Shown here: piece by piece, positions 53,902-64,000 of the stretch
How positions within the stretch are numbered: the stretch's first letter is position 1
How the letters are laid out: each line of letters opens with the position of its first letter
Source of the DNA: Malacoraja senta
Taxonomy: Eukaryota
DNA length: 64,000 nt
Assembly: GCA_038087875.1 (NCBI GenBank)
Contig: CM075996.1
Coordinates: 1,118,001-1,182,000, forward strand
Direction: 5' to 3'
Notes under the pieces: model-generated
The model's input: only the letters and a program-made list of their open reading frames with translations
Databases searched by the model: none
What the model was told of the DNA's origin: nothing
Translations under genes and position numbers: made by a program

Positions 53902-54975
53902 TGTGTGTAAGGTTAATTTATTTGGTATAAATGTAACTTGTCCCTCGTGTGTGTAGGTTAGTGGTAATGTACGGGGTGATCGCTGGTCGGCACGGACTCA
54001 TTGGGCCGAAGGGCCTGTTTCTGCGCTGTATCTCTGAAATAAACTCTGCTCCAACACAGAAGTGGTGAGCTGGTGTTGGACCAGTGTGTGATTAGCGTGG
54101 AGGTGTGGGTGTGTGTCCAGTTGGACCGGTCGATGGCTGGTGTGGAGGGGAAAATAAGCGGCGATGAGTGAAGCCGTCTCCTTCAGGATTTCCATGACAT
54201 TTACTGACTCTAACATCAGCGTGAGTCATCTCCTGTATAATTCATGCTGCTCTCTGCGATATATCCAGGGCTTATTACTGTAAGAGAACAGAGCCATTTC
54301 TGCCCTCCAATAAGACTCCAGCTCACACCAGGTGTGCACCTGCCTTGGCTCTGCTGACGGAAGGTGCTCAGAGAGACTTGTTTAGAGTAATTCAGGAGGT
54401 TATGAGGCTTGACACAAAATGCTGGAGTAACTCAGCGGGTCAGGCAGCATAACTGGAGAGAAGGAACGGGTGACGTTTCGGGACGAGATCCGGGATTATG
54501 AGGCTTGACGGAATTCCAAATGTTTTCCTGGGGATTCTGTGGATTAGTGTGACGTTCCCCTCCCTTTGTGAGTGAGGCCTAGGACGTGAACATCCAATAC
54601 TCCACTCCTAGGACGTGAACATCCAATACGCCACCACTTCCTCAGGCAATAACCCAATTGTATTTCTGATCGAAAGTAAACCGTGTCTCTAGTTGATGGT
54701 GACGTGTGCAATCTGTTTTGATTCCAAACCTTCAACCTTAAGGTTTTTCACCAGACAGATGAGGAAGACTCTTCACCCTGCCCCCAGGCAGCCCACAGTA
54801 GTAGATGTTTGAAATGCTACACCCAGTCTGTATGTTCCAAGCTCAACCCAGCGCCAATCTGATAATAACCAGTTTTATGTTGTATTGGCCAGAGGACAAA
54901 TATTAGTCAGAACTCATGCTGTTCTTCATAAAATGTCCTGGGATCTGTAATTCCCACATGACAACACATCAGACC

Positions 54976-55268
54976 CGGCACGGTGGCGCAGCGGTAGAGT
55001 TGCTGCCTTACAGTGAATACAGCGCCGGAGACCCGGGTTCGATCACGACTATGGGTGCTGTCTGTACGGAGTTTGCACGTTCTCCCCGTGACCTGCGCGG
55101 GTTTTCTCCGAGATCCTCTATTTCCTCCCGCACTCCAAAGATGTGCAGGTATGTAGGTTAATTGGCTTGGTAAATATAAAAATTGTCCCTAGTGTGTGTA
55201 GGATAGTGTTAGTGTGCGGGGATCGCTGGTCGGCGCGGACACGGTGGGCCGATGGGCTGTACCTCTAA
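54976..55268 (+). mobile_element. HE1-type tRNA-derived V-SINE
   Basis: A box tggcgcagcgg, B-box-like ggttcgatca, V-domain-like ggagtttgcacgttctcccc...ttcctccc.cactccaaaga, and a CR1-like tail. Confidence 0.88.
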
Positions 55269-55621
55269 AAAAAAAAGATCCACATCTGATTGGGCGGAGG
55301 TGCTGGTGATGGGCCTGGGTTCCTCGCGACCAAGGCTGGGGAACCGCGGAGAGAGAACAGAGTCAACGATCAGCTCGATGATCTTCCACCCACCTGCTTC
55401 CAGTTCTGCAGGCGCTGCCTGACTGACCCTTCCCAGTAAAGTTGTATTTCACATTTCCAGCATCTGCATTGTTTAGAGACACAATGGTGTCCTGAGACAC
55501 AATCTACCTCATTGGAGACCCTCGGACTATCTATAATCAGTCTTTACTGGACTTTCCTCTTGCACCTGATTCCCTTTCTGCTGTATCTGTACAGTGTGGA
55601 CGGCTTGTGTTATCATGTATA

Positions 55622-55990
55622 AGGAAGATCGACACAAAATGCTGGAGTAACTCAGCGGAACTCTGTGAAACGTCACCTATCCATGTTCTCCACAGATGCT
55701 GCCTGACCCGCTGAGTTACTCCGGCACTCTGTGAAACGTCACCTATCCATGTTCCGGCAGCATCTATGGAGCGAAGGAAATAGGCAACGTTTCGGCCCGA
55801 AACCCTTCCGGGTTTCGGCCCGAAACGTTGCCTATTTCCTTCAGGGTTTCGGCCCGAAAGGTTGCCCATTTCCTTCGCTCCACAGATGCTGCCTGACCCG
55901 CTGAGTTACTCCAGCACTCTGTGAAACGTCACCTATCCATGTTCTCCACAGATGCTGCCTGACCCGCTGAGTTACTCCAGCACTCTGTTT
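55622..55990 (-). mobile_element. Composite pLTR-derived cassette, copy 2 (inverted)
   Basis: Reverse complement of copies 1 and 3; gives the same pseudo-ORF MGNLSGRNPEGNRQRFGPKPGRVSGRNVAYFLRSIDAAGTWIGDVSQ. Confidence 0.85.
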
Positions 55991-56595
55991 TTTAATCTAG
56001 TTGTGGTGAGTGTTGTGCGATGGTTGTTGGGAAGGAGTCTAGTCTAGTCCAGTCTAGTCTAGTCTAGTTTGGCGATACTGTTCCTGGACTTGGTGGATCG
56101 CTGGACCTGCCGGGTCAGTCGGGAGCAGGTGTATGTGTTTTACCTCCCCGTGGTGATGCCATACCAGATACAGGTTCCATGCCAGATGTGGCGGTCCCAG
56201 GGAACGTGTAACGAGCTGGTTCCCATGGCACCAGCGCAGCAGCTGACGAGCTCACTGAACACTTGTGTTTGAGACCTCAATATGAAATGGAAAGGTTATT
56301 CAGCGCTGAGCTTGTCATTTCTCTCTGGCTCCCTCCTCCCCTGGCCCTGTGGTCCCAGCGGAGGTGCGGTGAGCGAGGAGCTCCAGGGATGGGGACCGTT
56401 GCCAAGGCCGTTGTGTCTGGGGCCGGGAGGTTGCTGAGGGAGGGAGTGTGGAGTGTGGAGTGACGGCTGGAGATACGTGGGGATTGGAGGCTCTGTCTCT
56501 GAGGACAACGCCCAGTGATGGCACCACAGAACACTCTCACTAAATGTCAGTCCCAGTCACACAGACTGTAGCTGTGGCATCATCCCTCCTGCTCG

Positions 56596-57390
56596 TCAAG
56601 TCAAGGCAAGTCACATTTATTTATATAGCACATTTAAAAAACAACTCTCGTTGGCCAAAGTGCTTTACATTTGTTATAAGAATAGTATAACTACAAACTA
56701 CATACATATATACATGTAGCCCTCACTCAGAGGACGTCAGGAAAGGCTTGGGAGTATAGATAAGTTTTTAGTCTTGACTTAAAAGAGTCGATGGAGGGGG
56801 CAGTTCTGATGGGAAGGGGGATGCTGTTCCACAGTCTAGGGGCTGCAACCGCAAAGGCGCGGTCGCCCCTGAGCTTATGCCTAGACCGCGGGATATTCAG
56901 CAACCCCAAGTTGGCCGATCTGAGGGGCCTGGAGGTGGAGTGGTGGGTGAGAAGACTTTTTATGTAGGTGGGGGCAAGCCCATTGAGGGCTTTGTAGACA
57001 TGGAGGAGGATCTTGAAGTTTATACGGAACCGCACAGGGAGCCAGTGGGGAGAGGCCAGGATCGGGGTGATGTGGTCCCTTTTTCGGGTGCCCGTCAGGA
57101 GTCTCGCTGCGGCGTTTTGGACCAGTTGCAGGCGGGACAGGGAAGATTGGCTGATGCCAGTGTAAAGGGAGTTGCAGTAATCTAGGCGGGAGGAGATAAA
57201 TGTGTGGATGATCTTTTCCAGGTCATCAAACTGGAGGAATTGTTTTATTTTAGCTATAGTCCGAAGCTGAAAGAAGCTAGCTTTTACCATGGCATTGACT
57301 TGTTTGTCAAATTTCAGTGCTGAGTCAAATATCACGGCAAGGTTTTTGACGTAAGGTTTGAGTAGTGGGGTAAGGCTTCCAAGGCTGCCT
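56596..57390 (-). mobile_element. L2-clade LINE 3' fragment
   Basis: IFDSALKF...FFQLRTIAKIK...SRLDYCNSLY...LQLVQNAAARLLTG...HITPILAS.HWLPV...RAFAVAAPRLWNSIP, with tail aataaatgtgacttgccttgacttga. Confidence 0.92.
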
Positions 57391-57980
57391 ACAGGAAGGG
57401 AATAGATCGATTCTAAATCTAACCAAGGTCACGAAAAAACAGGAGTGACTAGGCCACTCGGCCCCTCAAGCCTGCCCTACCCCATTCATTGTGTTCATGA
57501 CTGATCTGTCATAGGGTTCTACAGCACGGGAACAGACCCTTCGGCCCAACTCCTCCATGCTGACCAAAGTACCTTCTTGAGCAAGTCCTGTTTGCCCGCT
57601 TTGATCCATATCCTTTCAAACCTCTTGATTAGTGCGGGTGTCCGGGGTTATGGGGAGAAGGCAGGAGAATAGGAGGGAGAGATAGATCAGCCATGATTGA
57701 ATGGCGGAGTAGACTTAATGGGCCGAATGGCCTAATTCTGCTCCTAAAACATGACCTACCTGTCCAAGTCTTCTAAACCTTGCCATCGTACCCTTCACCA
57801 TCACTTCCTCTGGCAACTTGTTGCATAAACCCAACGCTCCCTATGTAAAAACACCCACCTCATGTTCCTATTAAATCTTTTCTCTTGCATCTTAAACCGG
57901 CATTCGGATTAGAAGCCAGTTTCTCACCCAGCATCAACTACTTTGTGGTGATGTTTCTCTCAGGCTTTGTTCTTGCTCAT

Positions 57981-58419
57981 AGTCAGGTCTGGGGGAGTTC
58001 CACCCCCGCCACGGGTACCATGTAATCCCGTGCTACCTGCTCCATGGTCGGATAGTCGGAGACTAAACCGTCTCCCCCACCTGGTTTGCCAGGTGAGGAG
58101 GGGGTTGTGGACCCCCAGCAGGACCAAAAGCAAGACCTGTCAAAGGGCAGATGAGCTCCTAGCGAGCCAATGGCCGGCCATCCACACTTCAGTAGAAGTT
58201 GCGATCACTGTCGTATGTAGCATTGTAAGGCACCGTGCCCGTTGATGGTTTCAACGATAATGTTGATGATGATGTTGATGTTGATGTTGATGATGATGAT
58301 GATGTTGATGTTGATGATGATGTTGATGTTGATGTTGATGATGATGATGATGTTGATGATGATGTTGATGTTGATGATGATGATGATGATGATGATGATG
58401 TTGATGATGATGATGATGT

Positions 58420-58472
<53 letters not shown>

Positions 58473-58473
58473 T

Positions 58474-58529
<56 letters not shown>

Positions 58530-58713
58530 GTGATGGTGATGTTGATGATGTTGATGATGATGATGATGATGTTGATGATGATGTTGATGATGATGTTGAT
58601 GTTGATGTTGATGATGTTGATGATGATGATGATGATGTTGATGATGATGATGATGTTGATGATGATGATGATGTTGATGTTGATGATGATGATGATGATG
58701 ATGATGATGTTGA
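57981..58713 (+). mobile_element. Short retroposon with a greatly expanded (GAT/GTT)n tail
   Basis: ~270-bp hairpin-rich head plus ~460-bp trinucleotide tail, flanked by tgttcttgctcat (57968-57980) and tgttcttgctgat (58714-58726). Confidence 0.7.
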
Positions 58714-58836
58714 TGTTCTTGCTGATGTGAGGGAATACTGTGGATGTTTGGCTGAAGTCTGTATGTTTTCCCGCCAGTTATTGATCGACGTTTGTTGGGA
58801 CCACTGACTGCTGCGGCCAGGCCAGGCCCGGCCACC

Positions 58837-58987
58837 ATGAACGCAGCGCGTCGGGAAGCGGTGATGGCTCCCACGGTGACCAGTCCGGAGCGGGAGGCCG
58901 GACACAACGCCACGGACACCCCCAGCAGGCAGGACGTGTTCTCACACATGAAGAACAAGTTCATGAATGAGCTCGGCAAAATCCCCA
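58837..58987 (+). CDS. syt5: Synaptotagmin (SYT5-like) first coding exon, luminal domain
   Basis: GCCACC-ATG at 58837. Translates MNAARREAVMAPTVTSPEREAGHNATDTPSRQDVFSHMKNKFMNELGKIP, resembling SYT1 'NAT...EDAFSKLKEKFMNELHKIP'. Phase-1 donor A|gtacgt at 58988. Likely acceptor ttttcccgccag| ending 58777, so the exon starts ~58778 with a short 5'UTR. Confidence 0.9.
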
Positions 58988-59094
58988 GTACGTGACCCAC
59001 AAACCATGCAATACCGCGGATTTATTGCATCACCACACTGACAGGAGTCCGCCACACGCTACACGCGTGATCCACTACAGCGTGGTCTAATATA

Positions 59095-59372
59095 CACACG
59101 CATGACCCGCCACACGCATGACCCGCCACACGCATGACCCACCCCACACATGAGCCACCACATACATGACCCGCCACACGCCTGCTCCACCACACGCCTG
59201 CTCCACCACATGCATGACCCACCACGCACATGACCCACCACACGCCTGGTCCACCACACACATGACCCACCACACACATGACCCGTCACACGCCTGGTCC
59301 AGCACAAACATGACCCACCACACGCCTGCTCCACCACACGCCTGCTCCACCACACGCCTGCTCCACCACCCA
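59095..59372. repeat. Degenerate CA/C-rich tandem repeat
   Basis: Units catgacccgccacacg and cctgctccaccacacg. Confidence 0.8.
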
Positions 59373-60401
59373 CGGCCAGGTGAAGGCCCCAATCCACATT
59401 CCACCTAATCATAACCTTTAACCCCAGGATTATGAGGAATCTGTGTGACGCTTGAAACATTCAGACACTGCCTCCAACATCCTGCCTTAAATGGGCAGCC
59501 CCTTCATCTTAAACTAATTGTCTCCAGATCGGGATCATCCCACAGGCGGGGATGTTGTCCACACATCCACACTCTGACCCCTCAGCATCTGACTCCCCTC
59601 CACCACTCCCACCCACACCCACTGCTTCATCACTCTCTCTGTATGAGTCCCTCTGTACTGGCGAGGGGGTCGATAGACAGGAGGGGTTGTGGGCTGGTGA
59701 CGATCAGATTGGTCTGATTAAATGAAGTGGAATTAGAAATGAAGCATTTATATTAAGCAAAGCGATGCAATATGGTGACTGGGATATCTGAACACTCAGA
59801 CCACTTTAGTCATCTCTATGAGATTAACCAAGACACGTTTAGTTCACCGAGTACATACAAAGTCCAGAGGAGGTTTACCATATTACACAATAGACAGTTT
59901 TATCAGCGGTTGGTCATTCCGTTTGTGCACTTTCATATTTGACCTAAATGGCCCTAACATCTTTATCGATTTACAAACTAGGGCAGCAATGGGGCTTGTT
60001 TAATAGAAGTGTGAATCAGACACACACAGAGCCATCACCTACACTGAGCATCAGAACCTGCAGCTGTAGAATATAGCCATTTGTATTATTATTTTAGTTT
60101 ACCTTTGTTTTCTATATCCTCCCCCATTTCTTACGCTTTATTTTTCTTTCCCTTTTAGTGCATGCAAGAAAATGTAAGTAGAACACGGGAACTGAAGACA
60201 GGGTTATTGTTGTTAAACGCTTCAGTGTGGAGGCTTAATGTGATTCCTGCACCATGTACCATCAGTGACGTGAACCTCCAGGGCTGGGTCCAGCCCATAT
60301 GTAACAACACATGTCTAACTCCAGTCTGACAATTCAATTCAAGTCCTTCACTAAAACTCTAAAAGCCACAGTCAGTAAGGGGGGGGGGGGGGGCAGACAC
60401 C

Positions 60402-60702
60402 GGGCGGCACGGTGGCGCAGCGGTTAGAGTTGCTGCCTCACAGCGCCAGGGACCCGGGTTCAATCCTGACTACGGCTGCTGTCTGTACGGAGTTTGCACG
60501 TTCTCCCCGTGATCTGTGTGGGTTTTCTCCAGGATCTCCGGTTTCCTCCCACACTCCAAAGACGTGCAGGTTTGTAGGTTAATTGGCTTGGTTTAACTGT
60601 AAAATTGTGTGTGTAGGATTGTGTTAGTGTGCGGGGATCGCTGGTCGGTGTGGACTCGGTGGGCCGAAGGGCCTGTTTCCGCGCTGTATCTCTAAACTAA
60701 AC
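60402..60702 (+). mobile_element. HE1-type tRNA-derived V-SINE, full length
   Basis: A box TGGCGCAGCGG (60413-60423), B box GGTTCAATCC (~60457-60467), tail gggccgaagggcctgtttccgcgctgtatctctaaactaaac. Confidence 0.9.
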
Positions 60703-60760
60703 TGACGACAACCAGGATGTTGGTGTTTGTTGGTGAAAGCTGCCTGGTCCATCAGTTCAT

Positions 60761-61495
60761 CAGTGTGTCACCATCACCATCAGTGTGTCACCATCACCAT
60801 CAGTGTGTCACCATCACCATCAGTGTGTCACCATCACCATCAGTGTGTCACCATCACCATCAGTGTGTCACCATCACCATCAGTGTGTCTCCATCACCAT
60901 CAGTGTGTCACCATCACCATCAGTGTGTCACCATCACCATCAGTGTGTCTCCATCACCATCAGTGTGTCACCATCACCATCAGTGTGTCACCATCACCAT
61001 CAGTGTGTCACCATCACCATCAGTGTGTCACCATCACCATCAGTGTGTCACCATCACCATCAGTGTGTCACCATCACCATCAGTGTGTCACCATCACTAT
61101 CAGTGTGTCACCATCACCACCAGTGTGTCACCATCACCATCAGTGTGTCACCATCACCATCAGTGTGTCACCATCACCATCAGTGTGTCACCATCACCAT
61201 CAGTGTGTCACCATCACCATCAGTGTGTCACCATCACCATCAGTGTGTCACCATCACCATCAGTGTGTCACCATCACCATCAGTGTGACTCCATCACCAT
61301 CAGTGTGTCACCATCACCATCAGTGTGTCACCATCACCATCAGTGTGTCTCCATCACCATCAGTGTGTCACCATCACCATCAGTGTGTCACCATCACCAT
61401 CAGTGTGTCACCATCACCATCATGTCACCATCACCATCAGTGTGTCACCATCACCATCAGTGTGTCACCATCACCATCAGTGTGTCTCCATCAGT
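60761..61495. repeat. 20-bp minisatellite (CAGTGTGTCACCATCACCAT), about 36 copies
   Basis: Near-perfect array within a synaptotagmin intron. Confidence 0.97.
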
Positions 61496-61834
61496 GGTCA
61501 CCCATCAGGGACAGACCTGATTCCAACACCACCATCCTGCTTGTCTCAGTGAACTGGTCATCGATGTGAGATACGGTTGGTTACCCTCCCAACATCCACA
61601 TCCCACGGGCCATTAGAAATGAGCAGATTTAACGGGCTGCGGAGGCCAGAGGGGCGAGGGCAAGGAGACCACTTCATTTTCATCGTGGGATCTGGGTGTT
61701 TCCAGAACGGCTGCATTTGTTGTCTGTACGTGAACCCGTGAGAGTTACTGAACCACTGAACATGGTCCATGGTCTCACACACTCCACACACTCAACACCA
61801 GGCCTCAAACACACCATCACCAAACTCTACACGA

Positions 61835-62322
61835 CACAGAGTGCTGGAGTAACTCAGCGGGTCAGGCAGCATCTGTGGAGCGAAGGAAATGGGCAACCTT
61901 TCGGGCCGAAACCCTGAAGGAAATAGGCAACGTTTTGGGCCGAAACCCGGAAGGGTTTCGGGCCGAAACGTTGCCTATTTCCTTCGCTCTATAGATGCTG
62001 CCGGAACATGGATAGGTGACGTTTCACAGAGTGCTGGAGTAACTCAGCGGGTCAGGCAGCATCTGTGGAGAACATGGATAGGTGACGTTTCACAGAGTGC
62101 TGGAGTAACTCAGCGGGTCAGGCAGCATCTGTGGAGAACATGGATAGGTGACGTGTCGGGTTTCTTCAGACTTCTTCCGTCTGGATAAGGATCCCGACTC
62201 AAAACGTCACCTATCCACGTTCTCCACAGATGCTGCCTGACCCGCTGAGTTAGTCCAGCACTCTGTGAAACGTCACCTATCCATGTCCTATTGTGTAAAC
62301 CAGCATCTGCAGTTCCTTGTCC
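61835..62322 (+). mobile_element. Composite pLTR-derived cassette, copy 3
   Basis: Same junctions as copy 1, plus an inverted terminal arm at ~62190-62322. Confidence 0.85.
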
Positions 62323-62518
62323 CTGCATCACGTGATGGACAGTCAGGGGTCAACCATCAGTGCAACACTCACACGCGCAGATGAGTCTGTCGTTGCATTG
62401 GTTGCTGCAGATGCATTGGTTCACTGTGGCTGCATTCTTGCGTGTTGCATTGGGTCGCTGCGGGTTGCATTGGCGTTGGGGAGGGCTGGTTGACTCTAGA
62501 CCTGCTGTGTTCCTGCAG

Positions 62519-62700
62519 TACCCCCCTGGGCCCTGGCTGCCATTATCATCGTACTGTGCCTGCTGCTACTCTGCTGCTGTTTCTGCATCTGCAAGAAGTG
62601 CTGCGCCAAGAAGAAGAAGCAGAAGAAGGGGAAGGACAAGGGCAAAGCGCAGATCAACATGAAGGAGGTGAAGGACATGGGCAAGAGCATCATCGACAAG
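62519..62700 (+). CDS. syt5: Synaptotagmin (SYT5-like) exon: transmembrane helix, Cys cluster, polybasic juxtamembrane region
   Basis: Acceptor gttcctgcag|TA completes the phase-1 codon ATA. Translates (I)[60 protein letters not shown]. Donor AAG|gtgagt. PPWAL, CCFC and INMKEVK are hallmarks of the SYT1/2/5 group. Confidence 0.95.
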
Positions 62701-62778
62701 GTGAGTGTGAGGCATCGTGGCTCGGGACGTCTCAACGGATATTCACAAGGTGTTACTGGGACTGGAGGGCTTGAGTGA

Positions 62779-63097
62779 AGAGCCTGTCACACTTACGCAA
62801 CTTTTTCGGCGACTGCCGGCACCAGTCATAGGTCGTCGAAAATTTTCAACATGTTGAAATTCAGCGGCGACCGGAAAGACGCCACGATTATTTGGGTGAC
62901 TAGGAGCCTAGTCACGACCATACAGGCGACACCCTGGTGACATGAAGCCTGTATGGTCGTGAGTAGTCGCCCAAACAGTCGCTCCTTGTTCTGGTAGCCG
63001 GCTGGATATCAACAAGTTGAACATTTTCGGCCACCTGTAACGACCTATGACGGGTGCCGGCAGTCGCCGAAAAAGTCGCGTAAGTGGGACAGGCCCT
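62779..63097. mobile_element. MITE with ~58-bp TIRs (Harbinger-like termini)
   Basis: agagcctgtcacacttacgcaactttttcggcgactgccggcaccagtcataggtcgt and acgacctatgacgggtgccggcagtcgccgaaaaagtcgcgtaagtgggacaggccct. Terminal motif shared with the 46445 MITE; TSD not clean. Confidence 0.8.
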
Positions 63098-63397
63098 TTG
63101 GAGGGTGAGGCGGGACATAGTGTAGGAGGCGAGGCTGAGTGACCTTGGACTGGTACAGGGATAGGAAAGACTGAAAGGGATTTGGGCCATGGGACTTGTT
63201 TAGATGGGTCACTTTGGTCAGCATGGGCATGTTGGGCTGAAGGGCCTGCTTCTGTGCTGTATTCCTCTAAGACTATCTTTCAATATCATCAACGTGCTGG
63301 AGGAACTCAGCGGGTCAGGCAGCATCTGAGGAGGGAATGGATTGGTGACATTTTGGGTTTGAGTCTTGGCTGCAGGAGGCAGCTACAGTGGTCGCGG

Positions 63398-63462
63398 CAC
63401 CTCCACCTCCACCTCCACCTCCACCTCCACCTCCACCTCCACCTCCACCTCCACCTCCACCT
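63398..63462. repeat. (CACCTC)n hexamer repeat just upstream of the synaptotagmin exon acceptor
   Basis: About 10 perfect units. Confidence 0.95.
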
Positions 63463-63494
63463 GCATCCTAATTCTTTCTGCTCTGGGACTGAAG

Positions 63495-63608
63495 GTACAG
63501 CCTGATGTGGAGGACCTGGATCCAAGTTTACTGGGAGACGAGAAGAGAGAGGAGGAGAAGCTGGGAAAGCTGCAGTATTCCCTGGATTACGATTTCCAGA
63601 GTGGCCAG
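63495..63608 (+). CDS. syt5: Synaptotagmin (SYT5-like) exon: linker and start of C2A
   Basis: Phase-0 acceptor ctgaag|GTA. Translates VQPDVEDLDPSLLGDEKREEEKLGKLQYSLDYDFQSGQ. Donor CAG|gtgggt. 'IDK|VQP.VE.L' and 'LQYSLDYDFQSGQ' match mammalian SYT5 as I recall it (SYT1 has DFQNNQ). The paralogue assignment is less certain than the family call. Confidence 0.92.
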
Positions 63609-64000
63609 GTGGGTCAGGCGTTCATGTGTGGAACATGCCGGATCTTTCTGGAATGTCACACCCAGGGAGCTCAAACTAGCATGGGTTTGACGTCAACGCT
63701 ATCCCTTTGTTCCTCCCTACAACACGCAGGCACATGTATGATGCACGGGGAAAGCAGGCACATGTATGATGCACGGGGAACGCAGGCACATGTATGATGC
63801 ACTGGACGCCCGTGTCAGTCACGGTGCTGTGCGTGTTCACCAGTGGACTGTCATCTCCTGTGGCCAGGACCAGGCGTGTGTGTCCCCACATGGCACGGTG
63901 CTGCTCTTGTCACACACACCCACACACCCACACACACACACACACACACAGACACGCACACACACACACATACGCACACACACACATACGCACACACACA

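Noticed and set aside
58189..58905. Poly-Asp, poly-Met, poly-His and poly-Ser ORFs
   Set aside because: These come from the (GAT)n tail; the real coding exon starts at 58837 with its own acceptor upstream.
60402..60475. tRNA gene
   Set aside because: The A and B boxes belong to a SINE head that continues into the SINE body and tail and recurs many times.

Overview
Eukaryotic, intron-rich vertebrate DNA. The HE1-type tRNA-SINEs and HER1/CR1 LINEs point to a cartilaginous fish, probably a skate or ray (inference). The only confidently identifiable gene is a + strand synaptotagmin most similar to SYT5. Three coding exons (58837-58987, 62519-62700, 63495-63608) splice in frame through canonical sites, and the gene continues past the window end. 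The first ~8 kb may hold the last exons and 3'UTR of an unidentified + strand gene (low confidence). The rest is mostly repeats: CR1, RTE, L2 and Rex1-like LINE fragments, tRNA-SINEs, two PIF/Harbinger-like MITEs, and many micro- and minisatellites concentrated after ~30 kb. Most notable is a very abundant short repeat (about 30 loci by eye) that I read as the pseudo-LTR of a Penelope-like element. It carries a minimal hammerhead ribozyme core (CTGAAGA-stem II-GAAACGTC), is linked to a GIY-YIG C-terminal remnant, and occurs as solo copies with target duplications, as palindromes, and as a young composite tandem cassette. Two copies of that cassette bracket the synaptotagmin ATG exon in inverted orientation. 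Most ORFs in the supplied track are repeat-derived or chance. All family calls were made by eye without database searches.
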